Shown piece by piece: positions 52,865 to 62,816 of a DNA stretch of 64,000 nt. A program made the position numbers and the translations under genes. The notes under the pieces were generated by a model. That model had not been told where the DNA came from. It worked only from the letters and a program-made list of their open reading frames with translations, and ran no database searches. The first letter of the stretch is position 1; every line of letters starts with the position of its first letter. This DNA is from an uncultured Nitrospiraceae bacterium (GTDB lineage Bacteria > Nitrospirota > Thermodesulfovibrionia > Thermodesulfovibrionales > SM23-35): NCBI GenBank assembly GCA_963727775.1, contig CAVSHB010000002.1, positions 1-64,000 of the forward strand. The letters run 5' to 3'.

Positions 52865-54103
52865 CTATTCCCATTTGTTTATAACTAATCCAGTCATAAG
52901 TTTGGGATAAAAATAGGTCGATTTGGGAGGCATCCTGACAGAGGAAAGGGCGGATCTTTCAACATCCTCTACCCTTGTAGGATTGAGAAAGAAGGCGGCG
53001 CTGAATTCGCCGTTTTTTACTTTATCAATAGCCTTATTAACGTCCATCTCATATCCGATTTCAGTTGTATTCAATATTTTTTTCAGGATAAGTTCATGCA
53101 GTATGACCACATCTATTTCCCTCAAGTCGGGACGTACTTCAGATAAGTTTCCGCTCTTGTATTTAAGCAAAGACCACACATTACTCCCCGTTTGAAGAAA
53201 CCCGAAGACATGCCCTCCGCCTGCCAGTCTTTTTTTGATATCGAGATCGTTTTTCACATACTCAATCTCAAAACACTCGGAAAGAACTTCGCTCATGTCC
53301 TCCGGGATTTTCTTTAACAGCCGGTGGGTCGGCAGTATTGTTATCCCCTCGTCCATCATGTTGGCAAGAAACATAAGGATATGATCAAACGGCCTGGCGC
53401 TCGTCGGGCTCTCTTTTGCCGACATCTCCTTATGCAATTCAAAAGCGGTTTCATATCTGTGATGTCCGTCGGCAATGAAAACAGCCTTGTCTTCAAACTC
53501 CTGTTTGATGGTCTCTATCCACTCTGTATTATCAATCTGCCAGAGCCGGTGCACATCCCCGGTTATGTCGGCAGATTCTATATATGGCTTGGCTGCGGAT
53601 ACTTTCGAAAGAATGTTTGAGATCCGTCCCTCCGAACTCTTGTAAAGAGAGAAGATCGGGCTTGTATTTGCTCCGCATGATCTCATGAGGTTTAGCCTGT
53701 CCTGCTTTGGTTTGGAGTGCGTGCATTCATGCGGGTATATGCCGCCTTTCCCTAATTCTTCAAGCTTCACAAGACCAAGGAGACCGAGTAAACGCTTCTT
53801 TACTCCTTCTATCGCATAGGACATCTCGTATGCATAGAATGAGGGCTGATCACTCCTGATGAATACGCCTTTTTTCATCCATGTGTCCAGATATCCTCTG
53901 GCGCGCGTGTATTTATTTTCAGTTTCAGTATCTCCCTTTTCTTCTTTCCCGAAGTCAATTCTTACGATGTTATAGGGGCTCTGCATATATAGAGCTTCCC
54001 GGTATTCAGGCGTAATAACATCGTATGGAGGCGCCAATACATCCTCTACAGAAACCCTGGAGACATTGTAAAGAAGTCCTTTAAAAGGGATTATCTTAGC
54101 CAT
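52865..54103 (-). CDS. DUF1015 family protein
   Basis: APPYDVI, PHE.T, IADGHHRYE, LPTHR, MPPKSTYFYPK. Confidence 0.9.
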   Translation of the reverse strand: MAKIIPFKGLLYNVSRVSVEDVLAPPYDVITPEYREALYMQSPYNIVRIDFGKEEKGDTETENKYTRARGYLDTWMKKGVFIRSDQPSFYAYEMSYAIEGVKKRLLGLLGLVKLEELGKGGIYPHECTHSKPKQDRLNLMRSCGANTSPIFSLYKSSEGRISNILSKVSAAKPYIESADITGDVHRLWQIDNTEWIETIKQEFEDKAVFIADGHHRYETAFELHKEMSAKESPTSARPFDHILMFLANMMDEGITILPTHRLLKKIPEDMSEVLSECFEIEYVKNDLDIKKRLAGGGHVFGFLQTGSNVWSLLKYKSGNLSEVRPDLREIDVVILHELILKKILNTTEIGYEMDVNKAIDKVKNGEFSAAFFLNPTRVEDVERSALSSVRMPPKSTYFYPKLMTGLVINKWE

Positions 54104-54328
54104 TATTTTAGTTCCGCAGAATCTTAAGAAAAGAATTCAAATATCTTAGCACGGCCAGAATGCGAAATTCAAATAGAAGCTTCATGGGAAAGCTCCGCCT
54201 TCATAGCGCCCTCGGAACCCAATTGAGGTATATTTACTTATCATAAACTAATAATTGAGTAAACTTTTTTGAAAAGTTTCTTTTTCCGATCTCGATATCC
54301 TATATTCAGGCAATTCTATATTCGGGTA

Positions 54329-54358
54329 TTGACAAAGTCAATTGCTTTTTAGTATGTT
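54329..54358 (+). promoter_or_regulatory. Candidate sigma70 promoter for rho
   Basis: TTGACA, 18 bp, TATGTT. Confidence 0.45.
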
Positions 54359-54472
54359 ATAAACAGATATAATACTTCGTTTAAAAATCGTATGAACCTC
54401 CCTGGATAGGCAAAGTCCTACCGGGTTATTTAAAAAAACCGCCATATAAGTAAATCCAATAGGAGTTTAATA

Positions 54473-55759
54473 ATGGAAAATACTAAAAAGAATTTAATGA
54501 CTGATAATATCTCTATCTCCGAACTCAAGGAAAAAACGATCGACGAACTGACGGAAGTTGCAAGGGAGTTGAATGTTGAAGGCGCCAGCGGCATGAGAAA
54601 ACAGGACCTCATATTTGCAATCCTCCAGGCGCAGACTGAAAAGACAGGGTATGTATTTTCAGCGGGCGTGCTTGAGATACTTCCCGATGGGTTTGGCTTT
54701 TTAAGATCACCCGACTACAGCTACTTGCCTGGACCTGATGATATCTATGTATCTCCTTCCCAGATACGACGTTTTAACCTGAGGACAGGTGATCTCGTCT
54801 CCGGACAGATAAGGCCGCCGAAAGAAAGCGAGCGTTATTTCGCCCTCCTCAAAGTTGAGGCTATAAATCATGAATCTCCCGATGACAATATAAACAGACC
54901 TTTATTCGACAACCTCATCCCTTATTATCCTACCGAAAAGATGAAGCTTGAATACGATACGCATGACTACTCCACGAGGGTCATGGATCTCATAACTCCG
55001 ATCGGCATGGGACAAAGGGGAATGATTGTCGCTGCGCCCAGGACCGGCAAGACCATGCTTCTTCAATCTATAGCGAAGGCAATAAAGAAAAATCATCGTG
55101 ACATACACCTTATGATACTACTCATTGACGAAAGGCCGGAGGAAGTGACTGACTGGAAGCGACAGGTTCCCACAGCAGAAATAATAAGCTCGACATTTGA
55201 TGAACCGCCCCAGAGACACTGCCAAGTCTCTGAAATGGTCATAGAGAGGGCGAAAAGGCTTGTTGAGGGCAAGCGGAATGTTGTAATACTCCTTGACAGT
55301 ATCACAAGGCTTGCGAGGGCATATAATGCGGTTATCCCGGCAAGCGGGAAAGTCCTTTCAGGAGGACTTGACTCTAATGCGCTCCAGAGGCCGAAGAGAT
55401 TTTTCGGTACTGCAAGAAATATAGAGACCGGCGGCAGCCTTACTATATTGGCAACTGCGCTTGTAGATACGGGAAGCAGGATGGACGATGTAATTTTTGA
55501 AGAATTCAAGGGCACCGGCAATATGGAACTGCATCTCGACAGAAAACTGGTCGACAAGCGGATATTCCCGACCATTGACATTAACGGCTCAGGCACCAGA
55601 AAAGAAGAGCTTCTTGTAGATAGAGAGGTACTTAATAAAATGTGGATACTCAGAAAGGTACTTACGCCTCTGAGCACTGTTGAAAGCATGGAGTTTCTTC
55701 TCGGAAAACTCACGGGTACAAAGGGCAATAAGGATTTTCTCGAGATGATGAACAAATAA
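54473..55759 (+). CDS. rho: Transcription termination factor Rho
   Basis: [46 protein letters not shown]. Confidence 0.98.
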   Translation: MENTKKNLMTDNISISELKEKTIDELTEVARELNVEGASGMRKQDLIFAILQAQTEKTGYVFSAGVLEILPDGFGFLRSPDYSYLPGPDDIYVSPSQIRRFNLRTGDLVSGQIRPPKESERYFALLKVEAINHESPDDNINRPLFDNLIPYYPTEKMKLEYDTHDYSTRVMDLITPIGMGQRGMIVAAPRTGKTMLLQSIAKAIKKNHRDIHLMILLIDERPEEVTDWKRQVPTAEIISSTFDEPPQRHCQVSEMVIERAKRLVEGKRNVVILLDSITRLARAYNAVIPASGKVLSGGLDSNALQRPKRFFGTARNIETGGSLTILATALVDTGSRMDDVIFEEFKGTGNMELHLDRKLVDKRIFPTIDINGSGTRKEELLVDREVLNKMWILRKVLTPLSTVESMEFLLGKLTGTKGNKDFLEMMNK

Positions 55760-55800
55760 CTTGCCTTTAAACTGTTTATTTCAATGCATTGTTAGTATTA

Positions 55801-56199
55801 ATGACAAAAACATTAGAAGACGATAATTACTGCTTCGTATGTGGGAAGAAAAATCCCTCCGGTCTTCATCTCAAGTTTTCCAGTCAGGACGGAAAGGTAT
55901 TAACCGAATTCATCCCGCAAAAAATTCATCAGGGATATAAAGATATCGTCCACGGTGGATTAATCTCCACGCTTCTTGACGAAGCAATGGTCAAAGCCGT
56001 TTTGATGCAAGGCATGCCTGCTGTTACCGCTGAGATTACGGTGAGATTCAAGAAGCCGCTTATAACCGGCGAAAAGGCAGTTGTTGAGGCAAAAATAATA
56101 ACGATGAACAAAAAGATTATCGAGACAAATGCAATTGTCAAAAAATCAGACGGTACAATAATAGCTGAAGGTAGAGCCAAACTCATAAGGCAGGAATAA
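55801..56199 (+). CDS. PaaI-family thioesterase
   Basis: CFVCG..NP.GL, HQGY..IVHGG...LLDE. Confidence 0.88.
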   Translation: MTKTLEDDNYCFVCGKKNPSGLHLKFSSQDGKVLTEFIPQKIHQGYKDIVHGGLISTLLDEAMVKAVLMQGMPAVTAEITVRFKKPLITGEKAVVEAKIITMNKKIIETNAIVKKSDGTIIAEGRAKLIRQE

Positions 56200-56224
56200 A
56201 AGAAAAGCGTTTTTTCAAGTTCAT

Positions 56225-56869
56225 TCAGGACCAATCATTCAGAGTGACGACAACAAGATGCCGTTTTATCTCCGACAAGGGCAGACTGATAATCAATACG
56301 TCGTATGTGACATCCGTGAGCGTATTTATTTCTTCTTTTACTTTTGGGCCTTTACTGAGGACCAAAGTTCCTCCTTGCCTGACAATATGAGACGCTTTAT
56401 TGATAAATTCTCTGCTATCACACAATGCCCTTGTGACCGCAACGTCAACAGGAGCTGATATTTCTTCATTCACCCTAATATCTTCTATTCTTTGTTCTAT
56501 TACCTCAATATTTCTGAGCTTAAGATGCCTTATGATATGCCTGAGAAAAGCGGATTTTTTTCCTGACGATTCTATCAGGTACATTTCCATGTCCGGTCTG
56601 ATAATCTTAAGCGGTATACCCGGGAACCCGGCGCCGCTTCCGATATCGGCAACCCTCATCTCACCGGCTGGAATGGCTTTGAGATAAAGCAAGGAATCAA
56701 GAAAGTGTTTGATGATTATATCTTCATCTTTTTTGATCCCGGTTAGATTATAAGCCCTACTCCATTTCTTCAGTTCGGAGAGGTAAGTCATGAAGGCCTG
56801 TATTTGTTCTCCTGAAGGAGCAAGACCTAATTCTGCAAGACCTTTATTAAGTAGTTCTATTATCTCCAC
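56225..56869 (-). CDS. rsmG: 16S rRNA m7G527 methyltransferase
   Basis: NLTG, KHFLDSL, DIGSGAGFPG, VTRA; follows mnmG. Confidence 0.95.
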   Translation of the reverse strand: MEIIELLNKGLAELGLAPSGEQIQAFMTYLSELKKWSRAYNLTGIKKDEDIIIKHFLDSLLYLKAIPAGEMRVADIGSGAGFPGIPLKIIRPDMEMYLIESSGKKSAFLRHIIRHLKLRNIEVIEQRIEDIRVNEEISAPVDVAVTRALCDSREFINKASHIVRQGGTLVLSKGPKVKEEINTLTDVTYDVLIISLPLSEIKRHLVVVTLNDWS

Positions 56870-58700
56870 GGTTTCTTTTAAGCCGCTCTATTGACACCAT
56901 CAAAAGTGAAATTGCAGCGGGGGTGATGCCGGGGATTCTGCTTGCCTGGCCGAGATTTGCCGGCCTTATTTCCTGAAGCTTGCTCAAAACCTCTTTGGAA
57001 AGTCCATTCACAGAGACATATTCAAAATCTTCAGGTATCTTCTTCCCCTCTATCTTCTTAAGCTTTTCCGCCATATCCGTCTGCCTAACAATATAGCCTT
57101 CATATTTGACATGTATCTCTACCTGCTTTTTAATCTCGACGGTAAGAGATTTGTCCGAAGGCGAATTGTTGTCAATGAATGCATAGGTTAGCTCAGGTCT
57201 TTTTAGAAGCTGCTCCAGAGATTCCGATTTGTGCTCATCCCTATACTTAATACGTTTTTTACCCAGCCGCTGAAGTTCTTCATCAATAAGCTTCTTTTTT
57301 TCGAGAAATCTCCGATAAACCGCATTATCAAGAAGCCCGGTTTCATGCCCTTTATCCATCAGACGCAGATCGGCATTATCATGCCTTAAGAGAAGTCTGT
57401 ATTCAGCTCTTGAGGTGAACATCCTGTAAGGCTCATTAGTACCTTTTGTTACGAGATCATCAATGAGAACGCCGATATAGGCTTCATGCCTCCCGAGGAT
57501 CAATGGCTCCCTGCCCTGAAGTTTTAAAGAAGCATTTATGCCTGCCATGAGCCCCTGTGCAGCAGCCTCCTCATATCCTGAAGTCCCGTTTATCTGTCCA
57601 GCCAAAAAAAGGCCGTCAATTATTTTTGTTTCAAGGTTGTGCTTGAGTTGAGTCGGATAAACAAAATCATATTCGATTGCATAACCGGGCCTCATGATTT
57701 CGGCATTCTCAAGACCGGGGATAGTCCTCACAAACTTTACCTGGACATCATAAGGCAGGCTTGTAGGTATCCCGTTTGCATAATATTCCTTGGTCTCAAG
57801 ACCTTCAGGTTCAAGAAAGACCTGGTGCCTTTCACGTTCTTTAAAACGTACGACTTTATCCTCTATTGACGGACAATACCGCGCTCCGACTCCTTTAATC
57901 TTCCCGCTGTAAAGCGGAGACCGGTCAAGATTGGCGAGGATTATCCTGTGGGTTTCAGAGTTTGTATATGTTATATAACATGGGAGCTGCGGGTTTGTTA
58001 TCTTCTCTGTGCTGTGAGAAAAAGGCGGAGGCGGTTCATCTCCATGTTGAGGCTCAGTTTCCGAGAAATCTATCGTTTTAGCGTCGAGCCTCGGAGGTGT
58101 ACCTGTTTTTAATCGCCCCATCTTGAGGCCGAGGCTGCTCAGCGAATCGGACAATCTTATTGATGGAAATTCTCCCGCCCTGCCGGCGGAAAAATTTTCA
58201 AGGCCGATGTGTATCAGCCCTTTCAAAAAGGTGCCTGTTGTGACGATTACAGCCTTTACCCCGTAATAGATGTCGAGAGAAGTCAGAACACCCTGGACTT
58301 TTCCGTTATCCACTATTATTTTATCTACCAATGCCTGTTTTATATCAAGGTTTGCCTGTGCCTCGATCACTTTCCTCATAGCGAGCTTGTATAAGACCCT
58401 GTCGGCCTGTGCGCGCAAAGACCAGACAGCGGGGCCCTTACTCATATTGAGCATTCTGAACTGTATGCCCGCCTTGTCCGTTACCTTCGCCATCTCGCCG
58501 CCGAGCGCGTCTATCTCACGAACGAGATGACCTTTCGCAAGACCGCCAACAGCAGGGTTACAGGACATCTGGCCGATCATGTCAAGGTTTATAGTGAAAA
58601 AACATGTGGAAAAACCCATGCGCGCGGACGCAAGGGCAGCCTCGCAACCCGCGTGTCCCGCGCCGATCACCACGACATCATAATCACGGTCTTTATGCAT
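56847..58700 (-). CDS. mnmG: tRNA U34 modification enzyme MnmG (GidA)
   Basis: GAGHAGCEAA, MSCNPAVGG, RLKTGTPPRL, RYCPSIE, AGQINGTSGYEEAAAQG. Confidence 0.98.
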   Translation of the reverse strand: MHKDRDYDVVVIGAGHAGCEAALASARMGFSTCFFTINLDMIGQMSCNPAVGGLAKGHLVREIDALGGEMAKVTDKAGIQFRMLNMSKGPAVWSLRAQADRVLYKLAMRKVIEAQANLDIKQALVDKIIVDNGKVQGVLTSLDIYYGVKAVIVTTGTFLKGLIHIGLENFSAGRAGEFPSIRLSDSLSSLGLKMGRLKTGTPPRLDAKTIDFSETEPQHGDEPPPPFSHSTEKITNPQLPCYITYTNSETHRIILANLDRSPLYSGKIKGVGARYCPSIEDKVVRFKERERHQVFLEPEGLETKEYYANGIPTSLPYDVQVKFVRTIPGLENAEIMRPGYAIEYDFVYPTQLKHNLETKIIDGLFLAGQINGTSGYEEAAAQGLMAGINASLKLQGREPLILGRHEAYIGVLIDDLVTKGTNEPYRMFTSRAEYRLLLRHDNADLRLMDKGHETGLLDNAVYRRFLEKKKLIDEELQRLGKKRIKYRDEHKSESLEQLLKRPELTYAFIDNNSPSDKSLTVEIKKQVEIHVKYEGYIVRQTDMAEKLKKIEGKKIPEDFEYVSVNGLSKEVLSKLQEIRPANLGQASRIPGITPAAISLLMVSIERLKRNRGDNRTT

Positions 58701-58807
58701 AATTTTACTATAAAGGATTCTTCTTGCACGATTCAAACGGCAGGGCTAAAAGGTTGTGCTATAATTCAGTATGATTTTCGATCCTTTAGATATTTTAAAA
58801 GGACACT

Positions 58808-59659
58808 TTGCTTCAATATAAGGAAATATTTTTAGGCGGCCTATGCAACAATAACTGTCTTTATTGTCCCGCCAATCACAAGGTCTCGCTGCCTGTTGAT
58901 TCCAACCATATCATTGCTTCTCTGGATCAGGATAAAGAAGATAGTGTCTTTTTTTACGGGGGGGAACCGACTTTGAGAAATGATCTTCCGGAAATCATCA
59001 GTCATGCGAGAGTCAGTGGTTACAAGAGGATCAAGTTATTAACGAATGGCCGTGCTTTTTCCGATGTCCGCCTGCTCCAGCAAACAGTTGCAGCGGGGTG
59101 TAATATCTTTGAAATTAAATTATGGGGCTCCAATCCGTCCCTGCACGATCACATGACTCAGATCCATGGGAGTTTCTTGGGAACGATAAAAGGATTGGAA
59201 AATTTGACAGGATATCCAGGAGATAAGTTTATTTGCATACGCATCCCGATCTGCGAAGAAAACTATTCGGATATGGAAAACACGGTTGTAACAGCCGTGA
59301 ATTTCGGCGTCAATCGCATCATCCTTTCTGTTCAGGATAACAAGGTCCCCTTTCAATCCTTATTGCCCCATATCAATAATGCGGTTAATATAAGCATTTT
59401 CAATCGAACGTGGATTATGATCGAAGGGATGCCTTTCTGTACCCTGCAAGGGCTGGAGAAGCATGTAGGAGAAATCTACTCCGGCTGGAACAATATTTAT
59501 GACAGGATTTTTCAACACCACAAATATTGTACGGATTGCATTTTTGGAGAACTCTGCCCCGGAGTGGAGGCGAAATATTTGTCCAGGTTCGGAGACAAGG
59601 AATTTAGTCCGGTTCTGACAAATAAACATTTTAACAGTATCAAGGCATTGTATGAATAA
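58808..59659 (+). CDS. Radical SAM protein with C-terminal Cys cluster (HxsC-like architecture)
   Basis: CNNNCLYC, GGEPT, TNG, C-terminal CTDC....LCPGV...Y...FG..EF; TTG start. Confidence 0.8.
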   Translation: MLQYKEIFLGGLCNNNCLYCPANHKVSLPVDSNHIIASLDQDKEDSVFFYGGEPTLRNDLPEIISHARVSGYKRIKLLTNGRAFSDVRLLQQTVAAGCNIFEIKLWGSNPSLHDHMTQIHGSFLGTIKGLENLTGYPGDKFICIRIPICEENYSDMENTVVTAVNFGVNRIILSVQDNKVPFQSLLPHINNAVNISIFNRTWIMIEGMPFCTLQGLEKHVGEIYSGWNNIYDRIFQHHKYCTDCIFGELCPGVEAKYLSRFGDKEFSPVLTNKHFNSIKALYE

Positions 59660-60932
59660 GAAGAAGGTCATTCTCATCTCCTTTAATTGGGCAAACCATT
59701 TTTCCCTTGCCCTCGGTTATCTGAAGGCATACGCTCTTAAAGACGGGTTCATCCGCGAAAATACGGAAATCGAGATAATCGATTTCGACACCGAGATGCT
59801 GAATGTCCAGCAGGTGGTCTACTATCTTTCGCAGATCAGCCCCGATATTATCGGATTTTCCTGTTATTGCTGGAATATCGACAAGGTCCTGGATACCACG
59901 CGGATCATAAAAACAATATATCCTCAAATTCAGATAGTTTTCGGAGGGCCGGAGGTTGGACCCGTTGGCCCGAAGTATTTAAAGGAAAATCATTTTATCG
60001 ATGTGGTAATAAAAGGGGAAGGTGAAATTACCTTTACCGAACTACTGAAGCATTATTTGGGAACTGTCCGGATAGAAGAGATAGCCGGCATCAGTTATCG
60101 GGTAAACGGCGAGGTCTATGTAAATCCCGAAAGGCCGCCGATAGAAGATCTGAGCGAAATCCCTTCTCCCTATCTAGAGGGTATCTTAGTCCCCAGAGAC
60201 AAGGTAACCTATATCGAAACTTATCGCGGTTGCATTTTTCGGTGTCACTACTGTTTCGAAGGCAAGCACCTTCCGAAACTGCGGTTCTTCCCCGAGGACA
60301 GAATCAAGAAAGAAATAGAATTCGTTTTGGGTCATCAGGATATAAAGAGCTTTCACTTCGTAGACACTGTTTTTAATGTTAAGAAAGACAGGCTTGAAAA
60401 GTTAGTGGGAATGATTTCAGGCGCCAACCGCTTCGGAACGGAATTGCGCACCGTCGAGATCATAACTGAATTCGTTGATGAAGAGACCGTCGCTTTCTTT
60501 AAAAAAGCAAACGTGCATAGTGTCGAAACAGGCCCCCAGACGGTCAATCCTGATACGCTCAAAAACGTTAACCGCTATTACCGTGAAGATAAATTCAGGA
60601 ACGGCGTAAAGCTTCTCGAAGAAAATGGGATAGAAGTAACGACCGATCTTATTATCGGACTTCCCGGTGATAACTTTTTTAAATTCGTAAAGTCCGCAAA
60701 GACTCTAATAGATATGAAGCCTTCAACGATTGTTTTCAGTATTTTGCACGTTCTACCGGGCACTGTCCTTTATGAAAAGAGCAGGGAATTCGGCCTCAAA
60801 TTCGATGACAAAGCCCCGCATCTTATCCTCAGCGCCCCCGACTTCCCTTATGAAGATATCGATAACGCCGTGATCATGGCTTATAGCCTTGATAAGGAAT
60901 ACAATATCAAACAGCCATCTACCGCCGTTTAA
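59652..60932 (+). CDS. B12-binding radical SAM protein
   Basis: LALGYLKAY, GFSCYCWN, GGPE, GEGE, RGCIFRCHYC, DLIIGLPG. Confidence 0.9.
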   Translation: MNKKKVILISFNWANHFSLALGYLKAYALKDGFIRENTEIEIIDFDTEMLNVQQVVYYLSQISPDIIGFSCYCWNIDKVLDTTRIIKTIYPQIQIVFGGPEVGPVGPKYLKENHFIDVVIKGEGEITFTELLKHYLGTVRIEEIAGISYRVNGEVYVNPERPPIEDLSEIPSPYLEGILVPRDKVTYIETYRGCIFRCHYCFEGKHLPKLRFFPEDRIKKEIEFVLGHQDIKSFHFVDTVFNVKKDRLEKLVGMISGANRFGTELRTVEIITEFVDEETVAFFKKANVHSVETGPQTVNPDTLKNVNRYYREDKFRNGVKLLEENGIEVTTDLIIGLPGDNFFKFVKSAKTLIDMKPSTIVFSILHVLPGTVLYEKSREFGLKFDDKAPHLILSAPDFPYEDIDNAVIMAYSLDKEYNIKQPSTAV

Positions 60933-60979
60933 TAGGGGGAAGGGTAGCGTGAACTTCAACATTTATAAACAGACTCTAT

Positions 60980-61813
60980 TTATATGATATTTAAGACTGA
61001 CTTTGTTGACTTTGTATACTTTCCACCGGATATGGTGGTATATAAAATACAGTAACCTGCCGGCATGTCTTCAGGCATAGTGAACTTAATTGTCGAAACA
61101 TAAGTCCCAGGTGTCCTAATAATCTCTCTCCTGGATAATTCCATCCTCTTGCCGGCAGTGGACAGTATTCTGGTTTCCGTAATCTTAATCTGCTGTGTGT
61201 CGACAGGCGCAAGTAATGCATACTGGACGTTTGACTCCACTGTAGAACCGGTTTCTACCAGTTGATTCAAGACCGATGCCGCTTCTATAATAAGTTTCAC
61301 TTTTTCGTCTTCTTTTTTCTTTTCGGCTTTTTTCTCAGTTTCTTTTATCTCTTCAGCTTTTTTATCCTCCTGCCTTTTCTGTTCAGCCTTCTTGTCTATT
61401 TCCTTTATCTCTTCGGCCTTCTTATCTTCCGGCTTTTTTTGTTCGACCTTTTTCTCAGTTTCTTTTATCTCTTCGGCCTTCTTATCTTCCGGTTTTTTTT
61501 GCTCAGCTTTTTTGTCTTCCTTTTTTTGCTCTTCTGCCTTGTATTTATCCTGGAATCTTCTTGCAGCTTCTTCCCCGTTTTCCAATTGTTTATCTTCATA
61601 TTTAATCGTAGCCAGGCTGAAAATATCAGCAGCGAGAGCCCCAACTATTGCGCCACCCGCATTCCCGGCAACCAAAACGCCCAACACGCCGCCGGCAAGA
61701 GTACGTAAAGCACTTTTTTCTTCAGGGGCACGCCTGCCGTAAGCAGTAGAACAACCAAAGAGATAGAATATTATGAGAGATAAAATTACGAAAATAACGA
61801 TAATTTTTTTCAT
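60980..61813 (-). CDS. Lipoprotein with glycine-zipper segment and Lys/Glu-rich tandem repeats
   Basis: Signal peptide with LFGC lipobox; GGVLGVLVAGNAGGAIVGA; KKAEQKKPEDKKAEEIKETE repeats. Confidence 0.75.
   Translation of the reverse strand: MKKIIVIFVILSLIIFYLFGCSTAYGRRAPEEKSALRTLAGGVLGVLVAGNAGGAIVGALAADIFSLATIKYEDKQLENGEEAARRFQDKYKAEEQKKEDKKAEQKKPEDKKAEEIKETEKKVEQKKPEDKKAEEIKEIDKKAEQKRQEDKKAEEIKETEKKAEKKKEDEKVKLIIEAASVLNQLVETGSTVESNVQYALLAPVDTQQIKITETRILSTAGKRMELSRREIIRTPGTYVSTIKFTMPEDMPAGYCILYTTISGGKYTKSTKSVLNII
61321..61513. repeat. 60-bp coding tandem repeat, about 3 copies
   Basis: Successive 60-nt blocks at 61321, 61381 and 61441 align; they encode 20-aa repeats. Confidence 0.85.
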
Positions 61814-61941
61814 AAATTTTTTTTGGCCGGAAAATCCGATTAAGTTAATTTAATACCTTTTTTGAAACCTGTCAATTCTTTATTTGCTGCTTGTTAGTAT
61901 CCGCTGAGATTTATTATTACTTCAAGGAATTTTGTATTTAC

Positions 61942-62676
61942 TCAATAAAATTTATGGCACCTTTTACATTTTTTTCCATTAGAAAATAATTGTGCATAAG
62001 CTGAACTGTGGGGGTTATGGCAAGTTGTACAACTCAGTTCTTTTGTTGATTTCTTGGGATCCGGTACCCCTCCGATCGGGTGGATACGCCCTCCCGGGAG
62101 TGTCACTATATGTCTGCCTGTTGCCTGGGCTTTGTGACAGCCTGTGCAGAGGTCATTTATTGAGTGAGAAAGCAAAAAAGGATTTTCACTAACGTGAGGG
62201 TTATGACATATCTTGCCGCATGCATTTAGAGCCACTTTATGGGGATATTTTTTTGTAAATTTTGTCTTGTCATGACAACCATAACAAAGCTCCGGAGGCT
62301 CATCGGTAAGAAGTTTGTAATAATTTGACTGATGAGGGTTATGGCATTTTGTACAGGCGCCTCCTGCCACGGGAGGATGAACATCTTTCCCTTCAAAATA
62401 AGATTTTTTATGGCAATTGTAACAAAGTTCAGGCATGTCATCTTTCAGTTTTATGCTGGCGGCATCATGCGGATGTTCTTTGTTTGATACTCTCAGATGG
62501 CATGTCTCACAGCCTAATAACAAGGCCCGATGGCCGGTTTTCCCGATATTCCTGAAGTTCTCATGGCATGTCAGGCAAAGATGCTCCTGAGCGGCAAAAG
62601 CGCTAAAGGTGAAATTAAAAATAACCAATAGAAAGAATAAAACACTCAGAAGTTTAGCAGACAGTTTAGGTTTCAT
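61942..62676 (-). CDS. Periplasmic multiheme cytochrome c
   Basis: Signal peptide; 8 CxxCH motifs plus one CxxxCH (CGKICH); paired CH.PH.S repeats. Confidence 0.92.
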   Translation of the reverse strand: MKPKLSAKLLSVLFFLLVIFNFTFSAFAAQEHLCLTCHENFRNIGKTGHRALLLGCETCHLRVSNKEHPHDAASIKLKDDMPELCYNCHKKSYFEGKDVHPPVAGGACTKCHNPHQSNYYKLLTDEPPELCYGCHDKTKFTKKYPHKVALNACGKICHNPHVSENPFLLSHSINDLCTGCHKAQATGRHIVTLPGGRIHPIGGVPDPKKSTKELSCTTCHNPHSSAYAQLFSNGKKCKRCHKFY

Positions 62677-62816
62677 TGAAGCGATTTATACAGTATAGAC
62701 CTGTTTTTTGTCAAGGCGCTGGATTTCATTGAAAAAAATACTTAAAAATTAGTAATATTAATCTTCTGTTAATTGAATGAAGATCGGGTGATTTAATCCT
62801 TGGACATAATGAAAAT

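Noticed and set aside
54385..54430. Hairpin with GCAAA in the rho leader as a c-di-GMP riboswitch
   Set aside because: Only one stem is present; the second GEMM hairpin and tetraloop/receptor are lacking.
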